Shown: positions 16,606 to 26,091, counted from the first letter of the stretch. The stretch is DNA of 64,000 nt from an uncultured Planctomycetales bacterium (GCA_964609245.1 CAZSSB010000001.1:79836-143835); one strand, 5' to 3'. The notes: a model not told the origin generated them from the sequence alone. Numbers and translations: made by a program.

Positions 16606-18510
16606 CTAGCTGGCGCCGAAAGCAAGTGTTACCAGATTCAGGCTCCAGTTCCCACCGCCGCTATCCGACGGATAGGCGAAATACAGAGTGCCGCCGTCCG
16701 CGCTGCACTTGGGCTGCGCCAGCCGGCGCCAGCCGATGATGTCGCCGCCTTCCCGCATCTCGAAGGTGGTTTCCCAGTCCACGGCGTAGCCGCTGCCTGG
16801 ATCGCTGGCCAGCAGCAGGTGCAGCTGCATGAAATCCGTCCAGTTGCGATAGATCAGGAACAGCGGATCGCTGGCGGCGGGTCCGGTCACGACCGCTTGC
16901 GGCCAGAAGCCCTGGCGGCCCTCGAACTGCGATGTATCCGGCCAGCTTGCACCGTCGGCGTCATCGGCGACGTGGACGAACAGCGCGCCGTTGGGATCCG
17001 AGAACCACATCAGCGGGAGGCCGCCGTTCACCAGCAGGCTGGGGCTCTCGCCGACGTTGACGGATCCCAGATCGAAGATGGTCTGCTCAGCACTCCAGGC
17101 GGTGCCGGCGGCGTCGGTCGCGCGCACATAGCGGAACTCATTGATGTCGGAGGGGTAGTAGCCCACGGCGGGATTGCCGTTCACTTCGGCCAGCATCGGG
17201 TAGATCTGGATGTCCGTCTCCGGGCTGATGTACAGCGAATCACCCCAGGTAGTCCCTGTAGCATCGGTGGCCGTGATGTAGCGCAAGCCGAAGCGACTCT
17301 CGCCCTCACTGGCGCCTTGGGCGCCGAACGCCGCGGCGGGCATGCCGCCGATCAGGCCTTCGGCCAGGTGATCGGGGCTCGTGGTAATGGGGTCTGCCTC
17401 TACCGCGGCATTCCAGGCAGCGCCGCTGGACTCGCTGGCGCTGATGAAGTGCAGGCGGGTGACGAATTGCTCATCGGGCTTCTTGGTGAAGAAGATTGCC
17501 GGACTGCCGTCCGCCAGCACCAGCATGCGGGCTTCCGGGTTGCTCAGCTCATCGGCAACCAGCACGGAGGTTTCGGGCCAGTCGGTGCCAAGGGCGTCAT
17601 TGGCGCGGATGTAGTAGATCGACTCCGTTTCGCCTTCATCGTTGACGTACATGAAGGCGGGATTGCCATTGACCAGTTCCAGGTCGTAGGTTACCCAGAA
17701 GTCGGCGGAGATGCCATCCACCGCGCCCTGGGTCTCGCCGACCGGTGATCCGCCCTCGGCGCGGTTGCTGGCCGTTCCCTCGCTCTCGCCGTCGGTCGGC
17801 CGCACCCAGTAGGCATCACCGGCCTCGGCGCCGGTCACGGAAAAAGCAAACAGCTTGCGATCACTGGCCTCGCCCGTGGCATCGGCGAACGCGACACTGC
17901 CCAGCAGCTCCGCCTCGCCGTTGTCATCGGTCGCGCCATCGGGGTAATCGTCGGGCGAGCTGCTGGCATAGACGTTGTAGCCGGTCACGCTGCGGTCAAA
18001 GGCCTGGCCGATCGGCGTGATGTCGCTGACGGTGATGAAGCCGTCCTGGGTGCCGTCGATGCAGGACAGCGCCGAAGCTGGATCAAACGGTCCTTCCGCA
18101 TCGAAGTTCTGTCCCAGGGGGGTGATGTCGCTGACGGTGACGAATCCATCCTGGTTATAGTCGCCGGTGTTGTAGTAGTACCAGGTCAGGGTGGTTGTGT
18201 CCTGGTTCCACAGCAATGGCGCCTCCGAACGTCCGTCCAGGGGAGGCTCGGATGCCTGCTTGCCGTTGCTCATCCTCGCGGTGAGCACCCTGGCCAACTC
18301 GCGTTTGAGCCCGGCAAACAGCTGTTCATCGACGCCGGCGGGAGTCTCAAGGGATGCCAGTTCGTCGAGCGCGCTATCCAGGGAGCAACCGTCGGCTTCC
18401 GGCGGCGAATCGGTTGACTCGTCTCCGATGACGGCCCCTGGTGACGTGCCGCTGCACGCAGGCAGAAGTAGCAGGCAGCAGGCGAACAACAGACCAGTAA
18501 TGCGCGGCAT
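16606..18510 (-). CDS. Surface lipoprotein paralogue B: dockerin-like module plus Asp-box-like beta-propeller repeats
   Basis: Likely start is the ATG at 18510 (MPRITGLLFACCLLLLPAC). Contains YYNTGDYNQDGFVTVSDITPLGQNF ... DGTQDGFITVSDITPIGQAF, VTGYNVY, and repeats such as GNPAFMY, GSPAIFF, GNPAVGY with RAnDalGtdW / AtDatGttW / AtDaaGtaW. Confidence 0.85.
   Translation of the reverse strand: MPRITGLLFACCLLLLPACSGTSPGAVIGDESTDSPPEADGCSLDSALDELASLETPAGVDEQLFAGLKRELARVLTARMSNGKQASEPPLDGRSEAPLLWNQDTTTLTWYYYNTGDYNQDGFVTVSDITPLGQNFDAEGPFDPASALSCIDGTQDGFITVSDITPIGQAFDRSVTGYNVYASSSPDDYPDGATDDNGEAELLGSVAFADATGEASDRKLFAFSVTGAEAGDAYWVRPTDGESEGTASNRAEGGSPVGETQGAVDGISADFWVTYDLELVNGNPAFMYVNDEGETESIYYIRANDALGTDWPETSVLVADELSNPEARMLVLADGSPAIFFTKKPDEQFVTRLHFISASESSGAAWNAAVEADPITTSPDHLAEGLIGGMPAAAFGAQGASEGESRFGLRYITATDATGTTWGDSLYISPETDIQIYPMLAEVNGNPAVGYYPSDINEFRYVRATDAAGTAWSAEQTIFDLGSVNVGESPSLLVNGGLPLMWFSDPNGALFVHVADDADGASWPDTSQFEGRQGFWPQAVVTGPAASDPLFLIYRNWTDFMQLHLLLASDPGSGYAVDWETTFEMREGGDIIGWRRLAQPKCSADGGTLYFAYPSDSGGGNWSLNLVTLAFGAS
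17995..18185 (-). other. Dockerin-like double EF-hand module (paralogue B); approximate bounds
   Basis: Loops DYNQDGFVTVSD and DGTQDGFITVSD. The nucleotide string tggccgatcggcgtgatgtcgctgacggtgat is shared almost verbatim with the other four modules. Confidence 0.6.
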
Positions 18511-18719
18511 AAGACCACTACCTCCCGCGATCGATCTCGCCACGATTATACCTTCATTCCCATTAGCACCGCCGTCGGTACAGCGCAGCGTATCTGATCT
18601 GCGGTCCGCGAATCGGTGATCTGTCGCGAGCCGGATAGCCCATACCACCGCGCCCTCCGCTGGTGCTGCGCGGGAGTGTGCTGAGCAGCGGGCAGCGGAA
18701 CCACCACGACATCAGCTGA

Positions 18720-20867
18720 TCAGCTGTCCAGATGGGCGTAGCGCAGTTCGTCGTCGTCAGCCTCGTGGTAGCTGACATGGGGCAGGTCATGGCTGTCGAT
18801 CGCGACCGACGGCCACCAGCCGGCACTGCCGTCACTGTCGAGGACCACGGTGGTCCAGCTGCCGCCGCGGTTGGTGGTGTAGAGCAGCTGCCAGCTGTCC
18901 CAGTCCTGGTGCACGATGTGGGCAGCGTCGGTGGAGTCCAGCGCCAGGCAGGTGAAGTAGCCCTCCTTGCTGCTGCTGCTGCTGGCGGTCTCCACGACCC
19001 AGTCGCTGCCGTCGTGCCACGCGTAGCAGAGGTCATACCTGGTGCCGTTCTGGTAGCTGATGTGCGGGCGGTCGAGTGAGTCCAGTTCCACCGAGGAGAA
19101 CATCCCGACGTTGCCGGCCCCGTCCACGATCTGGGGATTGGCGGGCGGGCCGTAGCTGTAGATGTAGTAGAGGAACTGGCCGTTGGCGTCGTAGGTGCTG
19201 ATGCACGGGAGGTCTAACTGGTCGATCTCGAGCGAAACCGTAATCCCGGTGTCACCAGTCCCGTGGTCCCAGTAGTCATAACCGCCACCGCCGTCAGGAT
19301 AGGCGTACTGCATCCAGTTGAATGAGCCGTCGAAGCGGTGGTAGGCGAAATGCGCCACCTCGCTGGAGTCGAGCGCAATCGAAATACCGCCTTCACCGGC
19401 CTTCCAGATCGCCCTGACTTCGGTGATGTCCCAGGAAGTGCCGTTGTGGTAAGCGTACTTGACCCAGCCGTTGTCGTCGTCGAAGTAACCGATGTGGGGG
19501 TTGTCAGCCGAGTCCAGTACCAGCGAGGTGTTGAGCCCGACGTTGCCCGACTCGTCGACCACCTCCGTGTCCCAGCTCCCCGCCGTACAGGTGGCGAACA
19601 GCAGATCACCGAGGAAGTCGTCGTAGTAGCTGATTCGCGGCTGATCGCTGGAGTCCAGCGCGATCGAACTGAAGGCACCATGGCCGATCTGGGTGTCCAC
19701 CACATCGATCACCCACTCCAGCACGCGGACCTCCACCGATGCCGTGTCCGTGGCGCCGTCGTTGTCATGAACGCGAACGGTGGGGTGGTAGGTGCCGGCC
19801 GCGCCGTAGGTATACCAGGGGCTGGCGCCGCCGCCCAGCACCTCGTAGGTGCCGTCACCGTCCCAGTCCCAGTCGAAGCCCTCGATCGTGCCATCACTAT
19901 CCTGGGTGCCGGTCGTGTCGAACCTGACTTCGAGGGGGCCTTCGCCGAGCGCCGGGTCGGCCGCCAGACTGGCTACGGGTGCGTCGTTGACCTTGATCGT
20001 GAGCGCCGTGATCGAGCCCGTGCCGGTGGCGCCTAGGTCATCAGTCACGCGCACCTTCGCCTGATAGCTGCCGGTCGTGCTGTAGACGTGCTGGTCGAAG
20101 GGGATCGCCCCGCTGTCGGCGTCCCAGGTGCCGTCGCCGTCCCAGTCCCACTCGTACTTCACGATGCTGCCGTCGAGGTCGCTGCTGGCGGAAGCGTCGA
20201 AGTCAACCGTCAGCGGCGCCGGGCCGGCCAGCGGGGCGGCGCTGAGCTCGGCCCTGGGCGGGGCATTGGGACCGAAGCGCAGCCACTCAAGGCGCCAGGT
20301 ATCGGTCCCGAGCAGCATCACAGCCACAACGCAGGCGCCGGTCGCCGGCTCGACATAGGGGTCCAGCGTTCCCAGCGGCAGCTCGGTGCCCGCGGGGCCG
20401 GTCTGCCACCGCCAGGTGCCGTCCTCCCAGCTGCTGATGCCGATCCAGAGATCCGGCGGGCTGACGTCAGCCACCTGCCACGAAAGCCACAGGCTTGGGT
20501 CCAGGTCGTAGCCATCGAGCGTGAACCCGTAGATGCAGTAGGAAAGCCCGTCTCGGGCCGCACTGACTCCGGACTCCCAGTTGGGGAACAGCACGGCATC
20601 GGTGCCGTAGGCGGCCACGCGGTTGTGGGGCAGCAGCGGCATGTAATCCGCGCCGGCGCGGACGCGGTCGGCATCGACGTAGGAGACTCCCTTGAGCAGG
20701 TCAGCCGGCGGGGGCAGGACGGGCCCGGTCGGGGCCAGCTGGACCGGGTCCAGCGGCAGGACCTCCGCGACCGGGGTCTGGTCTGCCGCAGTCGGGACCG
20801 TGTCGCTCCCGCAGGAGGGAACAACCAGCAGGCAGCCAGCCATCAGCAAAGCAGTACTACGCAGCAT
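18720..20867 (-). CDS. Surface lipoprotein paralogue F: shared N-terminal domain, two PKD domains, 7 propeller-like repeats
   Basis: MLRSTALLMAGCLLVVPSC (lipobox). The N-domain is paralogous to the 11555..12514 gene. PKD signatures are VKYEWDWDGDGTWD and EGFDWDWDGDGTYE. Seven repeats of the form G..sS[IL]aLDS.D.PhIsY. Confidence 0.88.
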   Translation of the reverse strand: MLRSTALLMAGCLLVVPSCGSDTVPTAADQTPVAEVLPLDPVQLAPTGPVLPPPADLLKGVSYVDADRVRAGADYMPLLPHNRVAAYGTDAVLFPNWESGVSAARDGLSYCIYGFTLDGYDLDPSLWLSWQVADVSPPDLWIGISSWEDGTWRWQTGPAGTELPLGTLDPYVEPATGACVVAVMLLGTDTWRLEWLRFGPNAPPRAELSAAPLAGPAPLTVDFDASASSDLDGSIVKYEWDWDGDGTWDADSGAIPFDQHVYSTTGSYQAKVRVTDDLGATGTGSITALTIKVNDAPVASLAADPALGEGPLEVRFDTTGTQDSDGTIEGFDWDWDGDGTYEVLGGGASPWYTYGAAGTYHPTVRVHDNDGATDTASVEVRVLEWVIDVVDTQIGHGAFSSIALDSSDQPRISYYDDFLGDLLFATCTAGSWDTEVVDESGNVGLNTSLVLDSADNPHIGYFDDDNGWVKYAYHNGTSWDITEVRAIWKAGEGGISIALDSSEVAHFAYHRFDGSFNWMQYAYPDGGGGYDYWDHGTGDTGITVSLEIDQLDLPCISTYDANGQFLYYIYSYGPPANPQIVDGAGNVGMFSSVELDSLDRPHISYQNGTRYDLCYAWHDGSDWVVETASSSSSKEGYFTCLALDSTDAAHIVHQDWDSWQLLYTTNRGGSWTTVVLDSDGSAGWWPSVAIDSHDLPHVSYHEADDDELRYAHLDS
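19730..20260 (-). other. Tandem PKD domains in paralogue F; approximate bounds
   Basis: PLTVDFDASASSDLDGSIVKYEWDWDGDGTWD...YQAKVRVTDDLGATGTGS and PLEVRFDTTGTQDSDGTIEGFDWDWDGDGTYE...YHPTVRVHDNDGATDTASV. Confidence 0.8.
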
Positions 20868-20953
20868 AACACCCCACCTCCGGTGCGCGCTTGGCGGTCA
20901 TTATAGCGTCGCGGGTACCGCGTCGTTCTCAGTGCTGCTCGTGGGGACTGGCG

Positions 20954-22819
20954 CTACTTGGTGCGCTCGTCGAGCTTGCGCATCAGTTTCTCGACCCAGT
21001 ACTTGTCGGGCAGTAGCTCGTCGGGATCCTCGAGGCAGATCATGGTCACTTCGATCGTGTCGCCCGGTGCAAGGCTGCTGGGATCGATGTCGCGCCTGAT
21101 CAGTCCTTCATCCGTCTTGACATGCTCCTCGTACCGCGTGAGTTCCGAGGTGACGATCACCAGCGGATCGGGCAGCTCCGTCTCGCCGTCCTCGATCAGC
21201 ACCGCGCCGCCAAGTGTCACCACGCCCGTGTGCTCAGCGAAGGCGAGCAGTTCCCCTTCGATTTCCAGTTCCCCGCATGAGACCAGATCGCCGGAGCTGA
21301 GAGCCGCGTCGTGTTCGAGCCGCACGTCGCTGATGCCGTCGCGGTCGCTGTCCAGCAGCTCGGCTTCGTCCCCAAAATCACCGTCGAGGTCGGTATCGGT
21401 GCTGACCAGCCCGGTGGCGTGGGCCAGCCGGTTGCGGGTCTTCAGCGCATACCCATCCTCGATCTCCGGCGTCGCCGGATTGTCACCCGGCATCAGCGAG
21501 TCCACGGTCAGCATCGTGAAGTAACCACCATCCGGGTTGGGGCTGAACTCGATCGCGATGTCCAGGTCCGTCGTGCCGAAGGCCGGCAGCCTGACCGGCA
21601 CCGAAGAAATCGTGTAGTGCTCCGCTGACGCCGTGCTGACGGCACGGGTGGATGAGACCGGCCGCGAATCACCGGTGATGAGATCGACGGTCGGCAGATA
21701 GAAGATATCGAGATAGAGCAGCTGCTCGCGTGGCGCGCCGAGAAATACGGTCGCACAGCCCATCGTCCGCGTCGCCAGCGGCAGGTGCGGCACTTCCCAG
21801 CGCTCGGAGCCGATAATCTCGACCGGCTCGATCAGCCGCGAACCGCCCTTGCTGGGCGCATACGGTCCGGGGTTGGTCCCGTTGAGGTCGAAGAGATCCA
21901 GCCCGCTGAGGTCGAGGTTTGCCCGCAGGCTGATGTCGCCGATGATGTCGCCGCTGCCCGAGCCCTCGACGCCGTCCTTGTCGACGGCGACTACCGCCCA
22001 GTCATCGGCCGGCGAACCGGGCAGGACGGCGCTGTAAAGCGGTGGCAGGCCCTCGCGCGGCTGACCGGCCGAGCGCGGCACCGTCGGTTCGCCTGGTGCC
22101 GTGTCCTGGAGTGGCACGCCATTGTGCTTGACCATGTAGCCGGCGATATAGGACCCGTAGTTCTGGCCGATCGGCGTGATATCGGAGACGGTGATCTCGC
22201 CATCGGCGTTGCCGTCGACCCAGTAGGTGCGCTGGGCGGCGGCGTCCGGTGCCGCGCGGTCGTACTCCAGGCCCAGCAGCTGCCCAATGGGCGTCAGATC
22301 CGAGATGCCGACCAGACCGTCGAAATCGTAGTCGCCGGTGTTGGTCTGCGTCCAACTCAGTTCGACTAGGCCGTCGCCCGCCGAGGTGACGGCCAGATCA
22401 CTGATCACGTTGTATGCCCCGACGGGCGGCACGCTCACCAGCCTGCCCACCGCGCTGACCGGCAGCTCGATCGTGACCGGCTGGCCGGCAAGCTCGCTCA
22501 GGCCGACCACGCCCACGTCGAACCCGCCGCCGGCTGGCGCGGCGAGGCCTATGTGCTCTGGAGAACTCAACAGCTGCACGCCGTCCAGCCGCCGTCCATC
22601 CGGCAGGTCCACGTGGGCGAAAACCCCGTCGGCCGTGACAGTGGCAAACGTCAGCTCCAGAGCGCTGCCGCGATCCACCAGGCTGAGCCCGGCGATGTCA
22701 GATCCCGCCAGCGGGCTGAGCGACGGGCTGCGCATCGGCAGTTCCCGATTCGGGCCGCTGCAGCCGGCGATCACCAGCAGCGCCGCCCCCAGCAGGATTG
22801 CGCGTCCGTAAGTACTCAT
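20954..22819 (-). CDS. Surface lipoprotein paralogue D: Ig-like N-domain, dockerin-like module, Asp-rich Ca-binding-like C-terminal region
   Basis: Start is at 22837 or, more likely, the second Met at 22819 (MSTYGRAILLGAALLVIAGC, lipobox), which avoids overlap with the upstream gene stop. Contains LSWTQTNTGDYDFDGLVGISDLTPIGQLL ... DGNADGEITVSDITPIGQNY, and TDTDLDGDFGDEAELLDSDRDGISD. Confidence 0.8.
   Translation of the reverse strand: MSTYGRAILLGAALLVIAGCSGPNRELPMRSPSLSPLAGSDIAGLSLVDRGSALELTFATVTADGVFAHVDLPDGRRLDGVQLLSSPEHIGLAAPAGGGFDVGVVGLSELAGQPVTIELPVSAVGRLVSVPPVGAYNVISDLAVTSAGDGLVELSWTQTNTGDYDFDGLVGISDLTPIGQLLGLEYDRAAPDAAAQRTYWVDGNADGEITVSDITPIGQNYGSYIAGYMVKHNGVPLQDTAPGEPTVPRSAGQPREGLPPLYSAVLPGSPADDWAVVAVDKDGVEGSGSGDIIGDISLRANLDLSGLDLFDLNGTNPGPYAPSKGGSRLIEPVEIIGSERWEVPHLPLATRTMGCATVFLGAPREQLLYLDIFYLPTVDLITGDSRPVSSTRAVSTASAEHYTISSVPVRLPAFGTTDLDIAIEFSPNPDGGYFTMLTVDSLMPGDNPATPEIEDGYALKTRNRLAHATGLVSTDTDLDGDFGDEAELLDSDRDGISDVRLEHDAALSSGDLVSCGELEIEGELLAFAEHTGVVTLGGAVLIEDGETELPDPLVIVTSELTRYEEHVKTDEGLIRRDIDPSSLAPGDTIEVTMICLEDPDELLPDKYWVEKLMRKLDERTK
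22160..22345 (-). other. Dockerin-like double EF-hand module (paralogue D); approximate bounds
   Basis: Loops DYDFDGLVGISD and DGNADGEITVSD, each followed by [IL]TPIGQ. Confidence 0.55.
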
Positions 22820-22820
22820 C

Positions 22821-24353
22821 TTAAAACAGGTCCTCATAGGTCTTGGCTCCCGAGTCCAGGAGACCTGGGTTCTCTATGCAATCCGATATCACGCCGCAAA
22901 GCAGCTTGATGCCCCGTTCGATGCGCTCCGAAGTGTTACGGCTGAAGCTGAGCCTCAGTGCCGGTGCATCGCGGCGATCCGGCATCACGAACGCCGCCGG
23001 CACGAAGTCGACTCCTGCCTGCCGCGCCAGGGTCAGCAATGGCACGGATTTGATCTGCTCGGGCAGCTCCAGCCAGACGCTGAAACCGCCGTGCGGCACC
23101 CGAAAGCGGCAGCCGTCCGGCAGCTCACTGAGCAGCGTGGCACACATCACATCGCGGCGCTGCTTGTAGGCCTTGTTGGCACGTCGCAGATGCCGGGTGA
23201 AATGTCCGCGTTCAATCAGATCGTGCAGCAACACCTGCAGGAAGAAGCTGTCACTCTGGTCCGAACCCGTCTTGGCGCGCAGCAGGGGAACACTGATCGC
23301 GGCCGGACAGGTGATCCAGCCAACGCGCAGCCCCGGCAGGAAGACCTTGCTGAAGGTGCCGATGTGGATCACGTAGCCGCCCTGGTCGAGGCGTTTGAGC
23401 GGCGGATCGACCGGGCCGTCGTAGCGCAGCAGGCGCGCCCAGTCGTCCTCCACCACCGGCACGCGGTGGCTCATCGCAAGGTGCATCAGCCGTTCACGAC
23501 GCTCCGGTGACATGCAGATGCCGGTCGGATTGTGAAAAGTCGGAACCGTGACGATTGCCTTGACCTCATCGCGCTTCAGTATGCCGGCCAGGTAGTCAGT
23601 GTCCATGCCATGGTCGTCGATCGGGATGGGCACGTAGTCTATGTTGCGGGAGATCAGCAGGTTGAGCAGACCGCTGTAGGTGGGTGACTCGATCGCGACG
23701 GCCTGGCCGGGCTTGAGCAGAAAATCCAGCACCAGCGCCAGCGCACGCTGAAAGCCCCCGGTCAGGATGATGTCGTTCTCGCCCTGCGCCATCGGTACGC
23801 CGGCCAGTGCCATCTCTCTCTCGAGATGCTCTACAAGTGGCTGGTAGCCCTGGGGATGGCCGATGTCGAAGAAGAACTGCTCCGGATTCCACAGCATGTT
23901 GGTCGTGGATTGCTTGATCCGGTCGAAGGGGAACAGCTCCGGGTCGGGGTAGGCCTGAGTGAAGCGGATCATCTCGCTGCTGCCCCGGCTGACCGGCATC
24001 ATGAAGAACTCGCTGCGGAAGTCGTAGGGGTCCCACCGCATCGGCGGGTAGTCGCCGAGGCTTGGACCCAACTCATCGTGGGTGCGCAGGTTCACACCGT
24101 TGCCGCCCTGCGGCTGGGCGGCAATGAAGGTGCCGCTGCCCCGCCGCGACTCGACCACACCGTGCGCCGCCAGCTCGTCATAGGCCAGATCAACGGTGTT
24201 CTTGGACACCCCGAGCTCCTCGGCCAGCTGCCGTACGCTGGGCAGGCGTGTGCCAACGGGCAGCAGACCGTCACGGACCAGCGTTTCTATCTGGTCGCGA
24301 ATCTGCTCGTACAGCGGCTCGGTCGCCGCTCTGTTGATCTCGAGGTTCATCAC
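22821..24353 (-). CDS. MocR/PdxR-type regulator: GntR-family wHTH fused to a class-I aminotransferase-like domain
   Basis: N-terminus LYEQIRDQIETLVRDGLLPVGTRLPSVRQLAEELGVSKNTVDLAYDELAAHGVVESRRGSGTFI, followed by a ~380-aa aminotransferase fold (PTFHNPTG, GTFSKVFLPGLRVGW). GTG at 24353 or ATG at 24350. Confidence 0.9.
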   Translation of the reverse strand: MMNLEINRAATEPLYEQIRDQIETLVRDGLLPVGTRLPSVRQLAEELGVSKNTVDLAYDELAAHGVVESRRGSGTFIAAQPQGGNGVNLRTHDELGPSLGDYPPMRWDPYDFRSEFFMMPVSRGSSEMIRFTQAYPDPELFPFDRIKQSTTNMLWNPEQFFFDIGHPQGYQPLVEHLEREMALAGVPMAQGENDIILTGGFQRALALVLDFLLKPGQAVAIESPTYSGLLNLLISRNIDYVPIPIDDHGMDTDYLAGILKRDEVKAIVTVPTFHNPTGICMSPERRERLMHLAMSHRVPVVEDDWARLLRYDGPVDPPLKRLDQGGYVIHIGTFSKVFLPGLRVGWITCPAAISVPLLRAKTGSDQSDSFFLQVLLHDLIERGHFTRHLRRANKAYKQRRDVMCATLLSELPDGCRFRVPHGGFSVWLELPEQIKSVPLLTLARQAGVDFVPAAFVMPDRRDAPALRLSFSRNTSERIERGIKLLCGVISDCIENPGLLDSGAKTYEDLF

Positions 24354-24607
24354 CAGTCAGCCCAGATACCATTGGTGCCCCAATAGCCTGGGGTTAAGTA
24401 TTGCACAAATCTGTCTGGGACACAAGTACGACAGGCGGACTATGGCAGGGGACACTTCGATGCTGAGCTGAGCTTGTGGAAGCGAGTGGAGTTCCGCTCG
24501 ACGCGCTTCAATGCTGGGTGGATGCAGCCATTTAACCAAGGCTTAAGATTGTCACTGTTTAGAATCAGTTAAATTGTCCCTTGCTCTCAGGCGGATAGCG
24601 CCTTAGA

Positions 24608-24757
24608 CTCATCTCAGTTCGGCATGCGTGGCATAGCGTAGCCGGCCTGCCGGAGCCTGGAAAGCAGGCCTCGGGGATAACGGTACAACTGATCGGGCTG
24701 GTGCTGGGAAGCGCGGGGCGCCGTAGGGAGAATGCCTCATCTGAGCGAGTGGCATAG
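24608..24757. repeat. Direct repeat of a bipartite motif CTCATCT[C/G]AG ... GTGGCATAG in the MocR / lipoprotein divergent intergenic region
   Basis: Copy 1 is ctcatctcag at 24608-24617 plus gtggcatag at 24628-24636. Copy 2 is ctcatctgag at 24736-24745 plus gtggcatag at 24749-24757. Confidence 0.6.
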
Positions 24758-24887
24758 ATGAATGCTGCCGCTGCAGTCCAAGCCCACAGATGTCGGACTG
24801 GTCGTTTGGTCGCTGACATGGGCGCACCGGGGCGTCCGTGGGACCGTTACTGGTTTATTGATATTGGCCGTAGGGAGGACCGAAGTT

Positions 24888-26066
24888 ATGAAGAAGTTCC
24901 TGCTGATTTCCATCGCGATGGTTGTTGGCCTGTGGCTGCTGGCCGGCTGCGCCGGGGGGTCCAGCATTGCTGATCCCGAAGCCGGTGCCCTGGTGGCTAA
25001 GCCGGAGGGTAGCGACAAGGGAGCTGCGTCGCTGTTCGATGATCCAACTCCGGCTGACCCGGTCTGGCGCTGGTGCATGATGTATGGCCAGCACTACAAG
25101 TACGGCGGCGCGAAGCTGGTGATGGAGACCGACGCCGACGGCAACGAGTGGTGGTACATGAAGTACTGGCTTACGCCGGAAGCCCTCGCTGCCGGCTGGA
25201 TGTTCTGCGACGCCCACGTGTATGCCGGCGACGATCCGCCCACCAAGGGCAGTCCTGGCAAGTTCCCCTACAAGTGGGACTGGGAAGGCGATCCCGACGA
25301 ACTGACCACCACGGTCATGTTGCCTCTCGGGGACTGGTCGCCGTCGGACGGCGGCGACTACCTGGCGATCCACGCCACCATCTGCCGCGGGCACTGGGAA
25401 GTCGATCCCAAGACTGGCGCGGAGTACTGGGTCGAGGACGCTAACGAAACCGGCTGGGGCGGCTACTGCAGCAAGTACGATGACGCCGCGGACTGGGATG
25501 GCTACTGGAAGAAGTGGGGTGGCTGGGTCTACACGGCCTCCGGCAAGGGCCTGCCGGTCTTCGATCCCGTCATGGAGAAGTGCTACACGGCCACGCATTA
25601 CGGGCCGTTCAGCTATTGGCGCGTCCGCTTCGCAACGGAGGACTGGTACCCGTTCCCGGGCGGCAATGACTGGGTGGGCTGGTGCACCGATCCGCGCACT
25701 ATGTACAGCGGTCGGCAGTACTGCGTGGATGTGTACTCATCTTACGATCCGACGCTGCCTGCCTACGCGCAGAGCGATAACTGGGAGTTCATCTCTTACA
25801 TGATCGACATGCGCAACAAGGGCGCGGCGCCGTTCGACAAGACCTGGAGCAACAACTACTGGAAGGACCGCTTCCAGGAGGCGGTCTGGTACTTCAAGTA
25901 CGGAACCAGCAACTACTCGCCTGCGGCAGGCTCGTATGCATGGACCTTCATCAATGATGCGATCGCCAATGGCGACAACTACGTGCCGGGTCCCGGCGAC
26001 TGGTATGCGGTGATCCTCTGGCCGCGCGGCAGTTTCCAGATGAATATCATCGAAGTCGATCCTTAG
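24888..26066 (+). CDS. Trp/Tyr/Asp-rich lipoprotein of unknown function
   Basis: ATG at 24888 after a GGGAGGA site. MKKFLLISIAMVVGLWLLAGC (lipobox). By hand count the mature protein has about 27 Trp in ~370 aa. I recognised no family. Confidence 0.8.
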   Translation: MKKFLLISIAMVVGLWLLAGCAGGSSIADPEAGALVAKPEGSDKGAASLFDDPTPADPVWRWCMMYGQHYKYGGAKLVMETDADGNEWWYMKYWLTPEALAAGWMFCDAHVYAGDDPPTKGSPGKFPYKWDWEGDPDELTTTVMLPLGDWSPSDGGDYLAIHATICRGHWEVDPKTGAEYWVEDANETGWGGYCSKYDDAADWDGYWKKWGGWVYTASGKGLPVFDPVMEKCYTATHYGPFSYWRVRFATEDWYPFPGGNDWVGWCTDPRTMYSGRQYCVDVYSSYDPTLPAYAQSDNWEFISYMIDMRNKGAAPFDKTWSNNYWKDRFQEAVWYFKYGTSNYSPAAGSYAWTFINDAIANGDNYVPGPGDWYAVILWPRGSFQMNIIEVDP

Positions 26067-26091
26067 GATCGATCCACAACATTGCCGGTGA

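Noticed and set aside
24354-24887. A possible cobalamin or other riboswitch in the long MocR/lipoprotein spacer (segments such as ggtgctgggaagc and gtagggagaatgcc).
   Set aside because: No B12 box (gccactg) is present, and there is no other diagnostic core of a riboswitch class I know. The resemblance is limited to a few G-rich words.
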